From contig JAQFVV010000009.1 in the NCBI GenBank assembly GCA_028023455.1, positions 16,926,001-16,990,000 of the forward strand: a DNA stretch of 64,000 nt, given 5' to 3'. The position numbers and the translations under genes were made by a program. Every line of letters begins with the position of its first letter. Position 1 is the first letter of the stretch. The notes beneath the pieces were generated by a model. It worked only from the letters and a program-made list of their open reading frames with translations. It ran no database searches and was not told the origin of the DNA. This document shows, piece after piece, positions 30,702 to 43,600 of the stretch. This DNA comes from Epiperipatus broadwayi. Lineage: Eukaryota; Animalia; Onychophora.

Positions 30702-32347
30702 ATCTAGAGAGATTGATGTGTATGTATTTTTAAATAATAAAATAACAACTATAAATTATTTTAGTTATATGTGTATATGCATCAAAGTACTTGCCTAGAC
30801 ATATGACATTTCATTGTAACTCATTACTTAATTACCAAAAACTGCCTTCAAATTGTTTTAAAACACCACTACGTAAAAATTATACTCTGTCTTATCTAAT
30901 TACTCCAAAATTGCCTTAAAATAAAAGGCTAAACATGAATACATACAATTTTATAAGCTATCAAGTATTTTAAAACACTTCTTCATAAAAATTATACTCT
31001 GTCTTTAGTTACATCTCATCTGATTCGTATGTGAATGTTTTTTTTCTATTGACTACTACTTACCTTTTTTAATTAAAGACTTACTCTCTATCTACATCTG
31101 TGTTCGTTTTGGATTATACTTAAGTAAATTCGTTTATTATAGTTAAAAATATTCAATGCAAATAATATTATTTTATTATAAAGTTTTTAGCTAACACTTT
31201 TTCTCTTCGCTTATATTTACTATATGCAGTTATTAAATATTGTAATTGCTAAAAATTGGCAATTGTAATGATTTATCATAATTTGAGATTATTTCTCATT
31301 AGTAATAGATATTTAAGTTTTTATATAAAAATAAAAAACACTGATTTGCAAAACATTAAAATGTTAAAAATAGAAAGACTTAAACTATTAAAACATATAT
31401 ATAAATAAACCTGAAGAATCTTAATTAATAAATAGTAGAATTTGACGCGGAGTTCACAAATATATTATGGGTTTTAAAAACTTGATTGGTAAATGTATTA
31501 AAAAATAATCCATAAGTTTAACGTCAAATAGATATCTATTTTAAAGCAACTTTTATATAATCTTAAGAGTTATGAAAAAGATTAAGCCAATCAAGATTTA
31601 ATTTCAAAAGGAATATGCAGAATAAAACAAAAGGATTAATAAACCGATTGTTGTTGGGTTTTTTTAAATTATAATTTGAAAGGATGTGTTTTAAAAAAAG
31701 AAAGTCTAAACGTAGAATATTATGCTTTGGCTTTAAAAAAAATCGATGTAACAAGTATAAATCTTTTTGTTTGTTTTTGCATAGGAGTAATAGTTCTTAA
31801 TATAAATTTGGATAGAAAGAAAATGAATTTAAAATATATAAATATAATCCCAAACGCGTTATCTGCAGAGATAAAATGCGCAATTTTAAGTTTTAATATA
31901 TATATATATTAATATAGGCATTGAAATAGTTAAAATTTGTAGTTATGAAATTATAAAAATACTGCCTTTATATATATAAAATGATATATTTGGCTTGTTC
32001 CTTATACTTTATAAAAGGATTTTTTTTAAAAAGTGGGATTTTATTTATCTAAAAGAGCAAAAGAAAAAGATTTTGTAATAATTCAAAGAGGTAATGGACA
32101 TAAACTTTGAAATGGTATTTAAATTTTTTTACTTTATGAAAATTCTTTCAATTTCATATATTAAATCATAAATTGACCATAGCTAATTGATTTCCAAATG
32201 GAAATCACAGCATAATAGCTATTAATAAACTAATAAAATGTTCAAAATCTGTCGTCAAAGCAATCTCTATAGATAAAAGCAAAATCCATATTTTATCTAT
32301 TGAGGTTGCCTTAACAAAAGATTTAAGATTTAGTTGTTGTGCTATAC

Positions 32348-32378
<31 letters not shown>

Positions 32379-32408
32379 ACAAGGTTAAAAAGACTTCATG
32401 CTATGTTT

Positions 32409-32513
32409 TTTTTTTCTTATGTGTCATAGCATCAGCCGGGAAGCGAACCCGCTAACCCGGGACAACTGCTTGTAAAGCAGCTGTCGCTGACCTCTCGACA
32501 ACCAATGCTTGAC
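32409..32513 (-). mobile_element. tRNA-derived short SINE, copy 2
   Basis: Highly similar to copy 1. A 20-bp TSD AAAGACTTCATGCTATGTTT lies at 32389-32408 and 32514-32533, and there is an A-tail. Confidence 0.9.
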
Positions 32514-33386
32514 AAAGACTTCATGCTATGTTTATAACCTTCAATTCAAATCTGAATAGAACTTGGAAACTTTTTTTGAGTCCTAATTATATTTAGTTTT
32601 TGTTTTCCTGATAGTCAGCCTATAGTTTGATATAATGTAGTAGTCATCCAATATTTGACAGTTAATGAATATCTAGGTAATTTTTACTAGAGGTTAAAGC
32701 AATGTTGTTTTTCATTTGTTTTTTCCTGATTGATACGAAACGAAAAATAAAGGAGGTGTGTTTTATTGCAAATGACAACAATGCAATAAACCGAAAAGAA
32801 TCGTCCTTTGCAATCTCCAGAAAATGGTCAATATAAAAGAAAACTTTGAATAAATTTTGCATAAATTACTGCCAAGCTTCGCTTAAAATCTCAATGTAAG
32901 CCGACATTTCCAAGATAGGCTATGAATATGGAGACTAAGTTCCCCAGAAGCGCTAAGCTTTATAATTCTTTTCTAATAATACTAAGCTTCACTTTTTTGC
33001 GTAAAACGCAATTAAAACTTATCACTGGTAGGTGAAGTAAAAACAAAGAGTTTATTTTACTTTTACTACATATATTATAATTGAAATAGAGGAAAAGCAA
33101 AAAAAGATGACCAACATCAATAATTTTACTTAAATTGTCTATACATGTTAAGTTTATAAAATAATGGTATGATAAGATTTAAGTTGTTTACAGTAAATAA
33201 AAATGACTATTTTAAAATTGTGATTTCTATTTCGGTAATGAATTATCTTCATTAATAAAATTTTAATATAAAAATTAATACAAAACAGTAGTGCAATAAA
33301 ATAATTATCAGAACTTTCTAACAGGGTTTGTTATTTTGGATAACTTTGAATATAATACACATTGTTAAAAGTTAATTGAGTTTAAT

Positions 33387-34435
33387 ATATCACATGATCA
33401 CCATTTCAGCTGTTAAAACAGGCAAAACTCTCCATACAGTAGTGCCACTCATTGCAACCCATGGTAATCAATGGATGCAAAAAGATTTGTGCATAAAATC
33501 CCTATCTAATGCATGCTTATCCAATATCCCCAGATTAGTTTCCAGCTTGTGGTTTTCCTCATTAAAGAGCCTTGTATCTGAAAGTACTTTTATTTCTACT
33601 TAACTACAAAACTATGAGTCTAAAATTGAAAACATATTTTCAATCCAAGCTCATTAGCTTATATAGTCATTTAGGTTTGAACTCAGTTTAGTACCCATGC
33701 ATTTTGGTGTCTTTGGTTTTTTAATAACCATAGCCACCATGGTGCTATTAGTTAGGGTTGGTATTAAGACACTAAACATCACATCATCACCATTTTTATG
33801 CTTGTTCAATCTGTTAAAACAGACAAAACTCTCCATAGAGTAGTACCACTCAGTGCAAGCCATCAATGGATGCAAAAAGATTTGTGCATAAAATCCCTAT
33901 CTAATACCTACTCATCCAATTCCACATTCATTGATTACTCTGGCATGCACTGAATGACACTACTGTATGTAAAGTTTTGTCTGTTTTAACAGCTTGAGCA
34001 AGCATAAGAAATGGTCATCATGTGATATTTAGTGGTTTAATACCATTTCCTTCATAATAGGATAGTGGTGGCTATGGTTATTAAAGAATCAAAAACACCA
34101 ACTGTATGGATACTGAACTAAGTTCAGATCTATATGACTATATAAGTTAATGAGCTTGGGTTGAAAATATTATGTTTTCAATTTTAGACTCATAGTTTTG
34201 TAGTTAAGTAGAGATAAAAGGTGGCTGCTGGAGGGTTCTATTAGATCCTAAGATCTAAGTGTAGTGCTATTGGATCCAAGGCTCCTCACTGATAAAATCC
34301 AGCTGGAAACTAATTTAGGGATATTGGATAGTAGGCACTAGATAGGAATTTTATGCACAAACCTTCTTACATCCATCGATTACTCTGGCTTGCACTGAGT
34401 GGCATTACTGTATGGAGAGTTTTGTCTGTGTTTAA
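33387..34435. mobile_element. Tandem plus inverted non-coding repeat (401/445-nt monomer), candidate retrozyme or Penelope-type non-autonomous retroelement
   Basis: The left arm (about 33387-33924) is about 1.3 units with period 401. The right arm (about 33927-34435) is the reverse complement, about 1.15 units with period 445. Each arm carries a degenerate hammerhead-like motif. Confidence 0.7.
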
Positions 34436-34699
34436 TATACTTCAAAATTATATTCACTAATGATGAAAAATAATTAATTTGATTAAAATTCTAATTATTA
34501 TTATACAATAAAAAAAAAATTAAAAAATAGATTTAGAGATGACAATTTTCGTTTGCTTCATCAGTTTTATTATATAAATAATGATAATATAGTATACAGT
34601 TAGGGATAGATATACAATTAGTGTAAAACATATATATTAAAAACTGTCCTTTTCAAATACCTAAAGATGTTTAATTTTAATACTAAGTTACTTTTATCA

Positions 34700-35110
34700 A
34701 AAGCACTCTATCCACGTTTAATTTATTGATTAATTTTATCCATTATAATTCCATCTGCATTTATATCTTAGACAAGGTGTTTGTAGTTGGTAACATCTTC
34801 TAATTAATTGTCAATCTTTATTTTCTATTACTGAGAAAATCCATTGAACATTATTTTAGTCTTTTTAGCATTTATCTTTAGCCTTGTTTTCTTATTTTTG
34901 TCTGTTATTCTAGAAACATTTCCTCAAACTCTAGAGCAATATTTGCAAAAACTATTATCTATCAAAATCTAGATGATTTAAACAATTTCTATATAAGTTT
35001 AGTATCTTATTTTCCTGATATATTTATGAACTGTAACTTATCAACCTCAAGTGTCAATCTACTGAATACAGTAAGAATTACACTGGGTAACACTCATACA
35101 TTGCTTCATC
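34700..35110 (-). mobile_element. Decayed RTE-clade LINE fragment
   Basis: Aligns with the RT region of the 49-52 kb copy ('LNHLDF..IIVFANIALEFEEM'). Confidence 0.7.
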
Positions 35111-36539
35111 TTTTTATTTGAGGGATTTGGTTCAACCTGTTGTAGTTCAGTATCTCAGAGATGGTGATGATAGCACCACTGGAGCAAAAGGATATGCCAA
35201 GAGTACAAAGGTATGGCATTCAACTTGAACAGTTTCAATAATACATATATGTCTTATCCCTGCATGTAAGTAATTTAGATTAGTAAGATCTAATTCTAAA
35301 ATTTTGTTCAACCCTGTTATTTCATACAACCTAAAAAAAAAAATATATTAACAAACTCTCTTTATTTCTGTTTATCTTAATTTGGCTTAAATCTGCACAC
35401 ATGTGTATTATACAAGTAAGTGATTATCAACTAGAAAATAATGATTTGGATATTATGAAAAGATGTATATACATATTTTTTTTCAATAACATCTAATAAT
35501 TTTACAGTACAAGCTGACAACTTATATTAACATAATGATTATATATACATATTTCTCTCTGTATTACATTGGGAACAGGTTTAATAGATAGGAAACAACA
35601 GAATAAAAAATAATAATACCTTTGTTCCCAGGAACAGATAAGATTAATATATGTTGGTAAGCTTATATTTAGAATTGTCCTGAATAGTTTATTTTCATAT
35701 CTTTTCTTGTTATACAGTCTTTGGTTTGAAAGTCATAGAGAAGATTTCCTATGGTCCTTGAAGCAATAATATATAGTGCTGGGCAGATGGCAAGGTTTCC
35801 ATTGATTTCCATTCATGGGGGGCTGGGCAAGAGTCCAACACATTGCTTTATCCCAATCTACTCATATCACTTATTTTTTTCAGTATATGGCTTTCACTCA
35901 TTTGTATTTTTAGCAGTTTCTCTTTCCTTCTTTTTATATTTCCCTGTCTATCTGAATGTCCTGAATTTTCTTCTCAAATCTTCTTTTCTTATATTTCTTT
36001 TAATCAATTACATAAAAAATTTAAATATTTCAGCATACAATCTTGAATCTTCTTTTCTGCTCTTTTCTTACATTTACAGCCCACAATCAAATCAATTTCA
36101 ATGATAATTTAATTTCACTGACATTCTTACTACTTATAGGATTAGCTTAAAATTTAATTAATTTTGATATTTATTTCCCCTGATCAAAAACTGTTTTTAT
36201 ACATTTATATCTGCTTTCTTTTGTCAGATTATGAAATGTGAATAAAAGAGAGAAAAAAAACCCCTTTCACTGTGAGTATAGATTTTCCAAGAATTTGGAG
36301 ATATAACAGTGGAAAGACTAATAAACAAATAATAATTAAATCATACATAAACAAAATAAATTATTATTTTTAATTTTACTTTTTTCTCATAATATTTATA
36401 ATAAATATATATATATCTCCGTGTATATGTACGTTGGTCATATGTTGATTACATGTATAAATATGTGCAGAATATCAATAAAGATTATGTGATAAGTAGT
36501 TGATCCTTGAAATAGGGTTCAAACCTGGCTACTGTTACA

Positions 36540-39500
36540 ATACCCAGTTGTTAGGAAGCCTTCACAATGGGGTTACTTTATTTTGAGGGCTTATAAAAGT
36601 CACTTTTAATCTTGGCACTTGCCTTGAAGGATCTGGCATTATAAGACACACTGATCTCCTGCCCAGGGTCTACCCAAAACACATTATTATCTTAGAATTG
36701 CATGATAGTGAATGGACCTTCCTATAAATTACAAAACTTTTAGCATATATTTTTCCCAGGGTCACTCGTGTGTAATGTTTTTACTATTACTCTATCCCCT
36801 ATCTTAAACATATGGTGGGTCCTTATTGGTCTTTTATTTCTTCTGACTTCTTTTGACTAAAGTTTGATATGCCTGAGTTACATCAGCTTCAGGATTTATG
36901 GGTGACTCGTAATGTAGTTTTTATTAATAGGCTTACCTAAATGCAACTGAATTGGTGAAAACCCCATCCATTCATTAATTGATCAGTTAATAAAGTTTAC
37001 TATCTGAGGAACTTGTTTGACCCAACTCCTGTGATTTGTTGGAATCTTTGTCCTAAATAAGTGCGCATTCATACATCCCTTTCATAAGGGTTAGATTTGT
37101 GTTATGAAAAGAATGTTAATATGTGTTTAACCCATGTCTCTGGTTATATTTCTGTCATTCTCCCAATATGAAGGACATATCATGGTAGGAGAGAAGATCG
37201 TGAGGTTTTTTCAAAGTCAGAAAATGCATGTTTTTAAATGCTCATATTGTGTTCTTTGCATTTGCCTGTGCAACTGGATATGCAGTCACATATTTTGAAA
37301 ACAAATCATATACCACTACAAAATATTTCTTTTTATTGAAAGCTAGTAATAGCCCATAATAATCTATAGTCATCATATTCTTGTTTTCTGGTTTGCCTTT
37401 TGACAGATTTCATACTGGTTTATTACCGCAATAATTTTAGTATGCATGCCTGTCTCATAAAACCATTTCCAAAGCAAGTGTTCAGTTTTGGGATACCATA
37501 GTGCTCATATAATAAGTGGATATGAGTTATGATTGCATCTCTCATTTGATGAGATATGACTGGCTTCCATTCCTCTTAGTCATTTTAAATCTTATACTGC
37601 AATGTAGATTGATTCAGTTTGTAACATCAAATTTTATTCCCTATCCATTCTATATTCACTATTTCTTTTTCTTCCAGATGTTCAGTTAATGCTTTCAACT
37701 GTATGTTCTCATGCTGACACTGAGCCAACCATTTAAGAACTCTTTCTACCTCTTTATTTATTCTCAGCCCTATTCCAGCTATATATATTTTTTCTCCATT
37801 TAAGTGTTGAGATTTGGGACATGCGGGGTTTCGGCTGAGAATGTCAGCCACAATATTATCCTACCCTTTGCAATACCTTACTGTATAGTTGTATTCTTGG
37901 AGATATAAACTCCAATGTACCAACTGGCGATTAGTTAAATAGATGTGTTTTATGAACTGCAAGCTTTTATAGTCAGTAATCACAATAACTTTTGATCCTA
38001 GTAAAATTGTGTGGAACTTCTGGAATGACCAGATGATTGCTAGAGCTTCATTTTCAGTCATGGTATAGTTGAGTTCAGGTCCCTTAAGTAATCTGCTTAT
38101 GAAGTATAGTATACCTAGTTGATCATCTTCTTGAACCTGGGACAATGTCATTCCCAACCCATACTCACTACTATCCATTTGCATAATAAATGGTTTCATA
38201 AAGTCTGGGAATGATAATATAACTATTGCATAAACCCTTCTTTGACATTTTCAAATACTCAATCCTGTTCAAGTGTCTATTCTCATGGAAGTTTTTTCTT
38301 AATAATCTTATTAAAGGTTTCATCCATTCTGCAAATCATTCATGGAATCTATTATAGAAGTTTCACAGGCTCAAGAACAATAAAAGTCATTTCCTAGATT
38401 TGATATGGGGTAATCCCTAATAGCCAAACTTTATCAGGATGAGGCCTAATCCCTTGAGCCCCCCACCACATGGCACAAAATATAATATCATCCTGAAACA
38501 ATGTACTCTTTTTAAGTTTACTTTTGATTCCCTTTTCCATGCATTCTTTAGGAACATTTCCACATCCCTTATATGTTTTTTTGACAGTTTCCGATGCCAC
38601 TAACACATCATACATACATAGTGATTAATTCTTATTTTAGCTGACAACATTCAGTCCAGGCATTTCAACAATTTTTCCCCATTATTTACCAAGCCAAAAG
38701 ACATTCAGTTAAATTGATATGAATGGCCATTATATTGAATATTTATGATCCTCAGGATGAAGTTTGATTAGCCAGTAAATGGCTTTCAAATTAAGTGCCA
38801 AGAAAACCTCTTACCTCTGGATCTTATTAATAATTCCTGCATAAGATATTACAGTCATGGATCATTATTTTGTTGAGTTGATGCACATCAAGAGATAATC
38901 TCATTGTCCCATCTTTTTTCTTCATAAAATAAACCAATGGGCTGTAAAATACAGATGAATATTTGGAAATAATTCCCCATTTCATCATCTGGACAATTTG
39001 TTTTATTTGTTTTTTACTTCCTCCCCATACTGACGAGGGCCAAATACAACCTAGATTTAAAAGATTGGTTCTGATTTATCTTGATCAATTGCTCAAATCT
39101 CTGGATTATATCCAGTATAACTGAAAAGACCTGACTATAATTCTCTAATGTTTGCTTCAGTATGCATTCCCAGTTTCCCTTGGCCATCTTCACCTTTTGA
39201 ACCTTTCCCATTATAATGCAATCCATTGGCTTTTTGGTAAAATGTAAGACCCTTATTGAACTGAGTCAAGGATAAACTTATGCCTATGTAAAAAATCTGA
39301 CCCTAATAAGGTATTATATATTAAATCCTTCATAATTAAAAAAAAAGTGGAGGGTTTTTCCATTAATTTGTATGTCTACATATATTTGTTTGGGCTCTAA
39401 CTTCACTTTCTGATTATTTGCTACTGTCACTTGGACTGATGTTAGTGGAAGAATTGGTATATTGGGTTGCATTTACAATATTTTATGATATAATCTTTCT

Positions 39501-40560
39501 GCTATCATTGAGATTTAACTATCTGAGTCTACGAACATTTCCCACTTCTATCTGACCCACCACTATGAGGATCTTGGGACAAACCTGTTTAGCATAGCAT
39601 GGGGCATGACCTTCCCATGAACACACTAAGTTTCTCATTTGTTTTCCATCCTATTGGTGACCTAGTTTTGCTTCCTTCATTTTACTGAACTTCAAAGGAT
39701 TTTTCCCCTTTTCTTGATTTCAGAGATCCATATCTCATATATCACTCTACATTTCCAATCTTCAATCTCTTGCATTTATCTACTTGCATAGATCTGATCC
39801 AATATTTTATCTATCTCTTTCACTGATCTGCCACTCCTTTTTCCACAACATACATTTTATTTTCCAAGATAGGTTTCTGCATACCATCCATATATTTTGC
39901 TTTTTGGATAGTTCACTTGCTTCTAATGTCCTCAACATTGCCACTTGCTGCCTGAAAAATTATATATACCCTTCTCCACCACATTCTTAAAACATTTGTT
40001 TCATTAGCTGAGGTCTAATATTCTCCTGTTATTCATCAGTCCAAAAGGTTTTCTTTAGAGCAGATTTATATTCTTGAAATGTTTGAAGCTGGTATAAAAA
40101 TGATTTCCACCATGTTTTAGCATACCCTTCCAGATTATTATATGCTATCACTATTTTATATTCTTCCAGTATCCTGTAGCTATTAAAGTATCTTTGTAGA
40201 TTATTAATATGTTCTAATGGTATCTCTCTTTTTTACCTCTAAATGTCTTTATTTTCACCAATTCCCTATTCATTCTTATTAATTATAATTTCTTTTTTAT
40301 GTATATATTAACAACATGTTGGACTCCATTCCCAGCCCCAAGGTATGATACTGCTTGCATTTCTGTCCTAGCTATTTATCTAAAACTCTTTCTCTTTATC
40401 CATTTCTCTCACTTAGTTCTTTCTGTATTACAGATTTTTATTTTATTTATTGCTTATTTGTTTTATTTTATTTATTTACTGGTTTATAACTCTTCATCCT
40501 TTCTACTCTGTCACACTCCTTCCTTTTAAGCTCCATCATTGGGAGTCCATTGTAATTGGT
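36540..40560 (-). mobile_element. Decayed Ty3/Gypsy LTR retrotransposon, internal gag-pol region
   Basis: The minus-strand order is gag (AKTWWKSF...QTFQEYK, about 40.1 kb), protease remnant (VDSDS*ISMI, about 39.5 kb), RT, RNase H (KPFIMQMDSSEYGLGMTLSQ...NYTMTENEALAIIWSFQKF...TDYKSL, 37861-38199), ADILSR, then integrase remnants (about 36.9-37.5 kb). This RT-RH-IN order is Gypsy. No LTR pair was recognised. Confidence 0.9.
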
Positions 40561-40670
40561 GATCCCCTTTTTGAAAGTATAAAACTTATTATTCCTTATT
40601 ATCATATGTAGTGAAGGACATTTAGTCACCATCAAATCTATATGTACTCAGAATATGAACAATAATAAGA

Positions 40671-43600
40671 GTACAGCTAATCAAATTCCAATAGCCAAGA
40701 TCTCAATCCTATCTCCAAAATTGTACTGTGATTTTGTGGACTCCATATCTATACTGATATCACTAATTTTTATATTTTATAATCAAATATAATTTAATTG
40801 ACAATTATCATCTACATTTTTGCCACATATTTCATAGTAATACATTTTTTTAAAATTAATTAATTCTTTATGAAATTATAGTTTTTTGCAGGTGTAATAA
40901 TGTTTGAGCTTCAACTTATGTGCCAGTTAACATATTGACCACCAAAACTCAATCACCATCAAGACCCAAATTCGACATCATTTGTAATAGTATGCAATAA
41001 AAGGGGTAAATATGCAGAGATGGAAAACAACATTATCCCACTTATCACAAATGTAAAGTAAATGAATAAAAAAGGAAGGATTATAAATTGAGCATGATAG
41101 CATCAGCATTTAATAAAGACAAGTTATACTAATAATAAATTATAAATTACAATTACTCAAGCATCACACATAAACAGTCAAATCAAAAATTATCTCAGCA
41201 TTAATTAAAAGTATTTATCACAACAATCAAAAGACAACAGCAATCACTATCAGTCAACTCTTGTGACTGTATTTTAAAAAAGTATATTATAAATATGCTA
41301 ATTATTTAGCCACTAACTAACCTAGGGTGTGAACATATAAACAATTATTGGTACTAATATGCAAATCATAATAAATAATAACACTGAGATACTGGTGCAT
41401 GCTGATCATCATCAACGCTTTAGCCATATGACACCATAAGAATACAGGCCAAGTGCAAACTTAATTTCTAATAAAAACAAAATGCAGTGAATGAGCTATA
41501 AAAGTGATACAGTTACACCATACAGAGTTGTCTAGATGTCCAATCACAAAATAAACCCCTACATCCATATAAAAAATCATTAATATTTAGAGCTAGTTCA
41601 AGGTCATAAGACTATAGAGACTGTAAACAAGAGAAAGATCACTATAACAGCTTACTTTACTTTAAGTAATTTTTCTGAAATAATTTAGAAATCCCTAAAA
41701 TACTAAGCTGCTATGGAATCTAGTCTCACACACTACCCATTCATAGAACAGATAGCTGGAGGAATAAAGACATTAAAACTATTATTTTTAGATGTCTCAT
41801 TTAATAAACTAACTGATTAACAATTTTAAAAAATTAAAAATAACATGACAATATAATTCAAATATATACATTTTTATCAAAAAATATAATTTCATATAAA
41901 AATGATTAATTTTTTGTTAAATTAATCAACTTTTTACTTTTACTAATTCTTTGCTCAATAGGTAAAATGGCGAAACAACTTTTAACAATAGGAAATAAGA
42001 AAATTGTAAATTAGCAAAAATTGTTGTAACAATTTTGGAGAATCAAATGAATAAAAAATAATATATTTTTTAAAAAATGTTAAATTTTGCTCTTGTCAGC
42101 TATATATTTTTGTATTAGCTCACTATTAATCAATATAAAAAATTGTATTTAATTACTTTTATGACATACAAGTATAAATCCTTTTTTAGAATATTATCTC
42201 ATTGACATCCCCTCATGCATCCATTCCACTATTACTTAATATTACTAATAATATTAACACTAATCTGACACTTTATAAATATGTCTTAATGCCTGACTTT
42301 ATTTGTCTGAATTACTCCTTTTGCTTTATTTTTTAATTCTACCCTGCTCATGCATGTGTGTGCTTTTTTATTTGCTACTATTTTTTTAGTTTTAAGTACA
42401 TGCATATATAAAATAAAATTCATAAAATGTACCATTTGTCAAAATTTTCCTCACAGATGTGACCAGCATCTGATAGCAAAAAAATGTATAGTGACCTGCA
42501 ATTCTAAGATAGACCCAGAATTCTGCCATTGGACTATAAGTGTACAATACAGCATGAACACCAGAAAGCCCATCTAAATTTAGATACTATAAATTATTTA
42601 CAACTAAAAATAAAAATAAAAATGGAAAACTCTTTGCAAATTCTGCTTATTTGAGCTTCAGTAGCTGATAAATACAACACTTCAAAACCATGCTTTGCTC
42701 CATTAAGTCTTAGAGACTTAAAAAATACAAAACCTTAAACTTATACTCTGCTCATTTTTTATAAGACCTGTCCATAATAAACACTTGGAAATATCAAAAC
42801 TCAAAAAGAGTTGTTATAGTGTTGAAATACTACGAAGAGTTGCATGAAAACCTTGCATTCTCAAGCCAATGACAAAATCTCCCAACCATCACCAATATTG
42901 GAAGTACACCTAAACAAAATCCAATAGCCAAGAGCTCAATCCTATATACAAAATTATACTTTATTTTTTTTATATTTAACTTTACATATAAAATTCTGTA
43001 TGCACATTAATATCACTTATAATTCACAATCAAGTATAATATAATTGCAAATTATCATTTTCATTCTTGTCACAAATTTTGTAGTAATATATTTTTAAAA
43101 TTATCTAATTCTGCATTAAAATACAGACATTTATTTTTTAGGTGTAATCATATTTGAGCTTCAAATTATGTGCCAATTAACATATTAATCACCAGAACTC
43201 AAATCATCATGAAGCCCCACATTGGGAACCATTTATAATGGGATGGAATTTTAGATATAAATAGAGAGATGGAAAACAACATTATTCCCACTTATCACAA
43301 ATATAAAGTGAATGAATGTAAAAGGAAACACTATAAATTGAACATGATAATGTTTGCACTTAATGAAGATAAGTTATACTAATAATAAATTATAAAATAT
43401 AATATTATCCAAGCATTACATATAAAAAGTCAAATCAATAATTATCGCAGCATTAACTAAAAGTACCCAACTCAAGAATCAACAGCAATTACCAATAGTC
43501 AACTCTTTATAATAGGCAAAACTCTCTCCATACAGTAGTGCCACTCTAAGTCAACTTTGTGATTGTATTTAAAAAAATACATTACAAACAGGTTAATTAT

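Noticed and set aside
35123-35210. Possible + strand exon DLVQPVVVQYLRDGDDSTTGAKGYAKSTK with donor AAG|GTATGG
   Set aside because: The acceptor is a weak GAG at a LINE junction, no partner exons were found and the protein is not recognised. It cannot be excluded without RNA-seq or BLAST.
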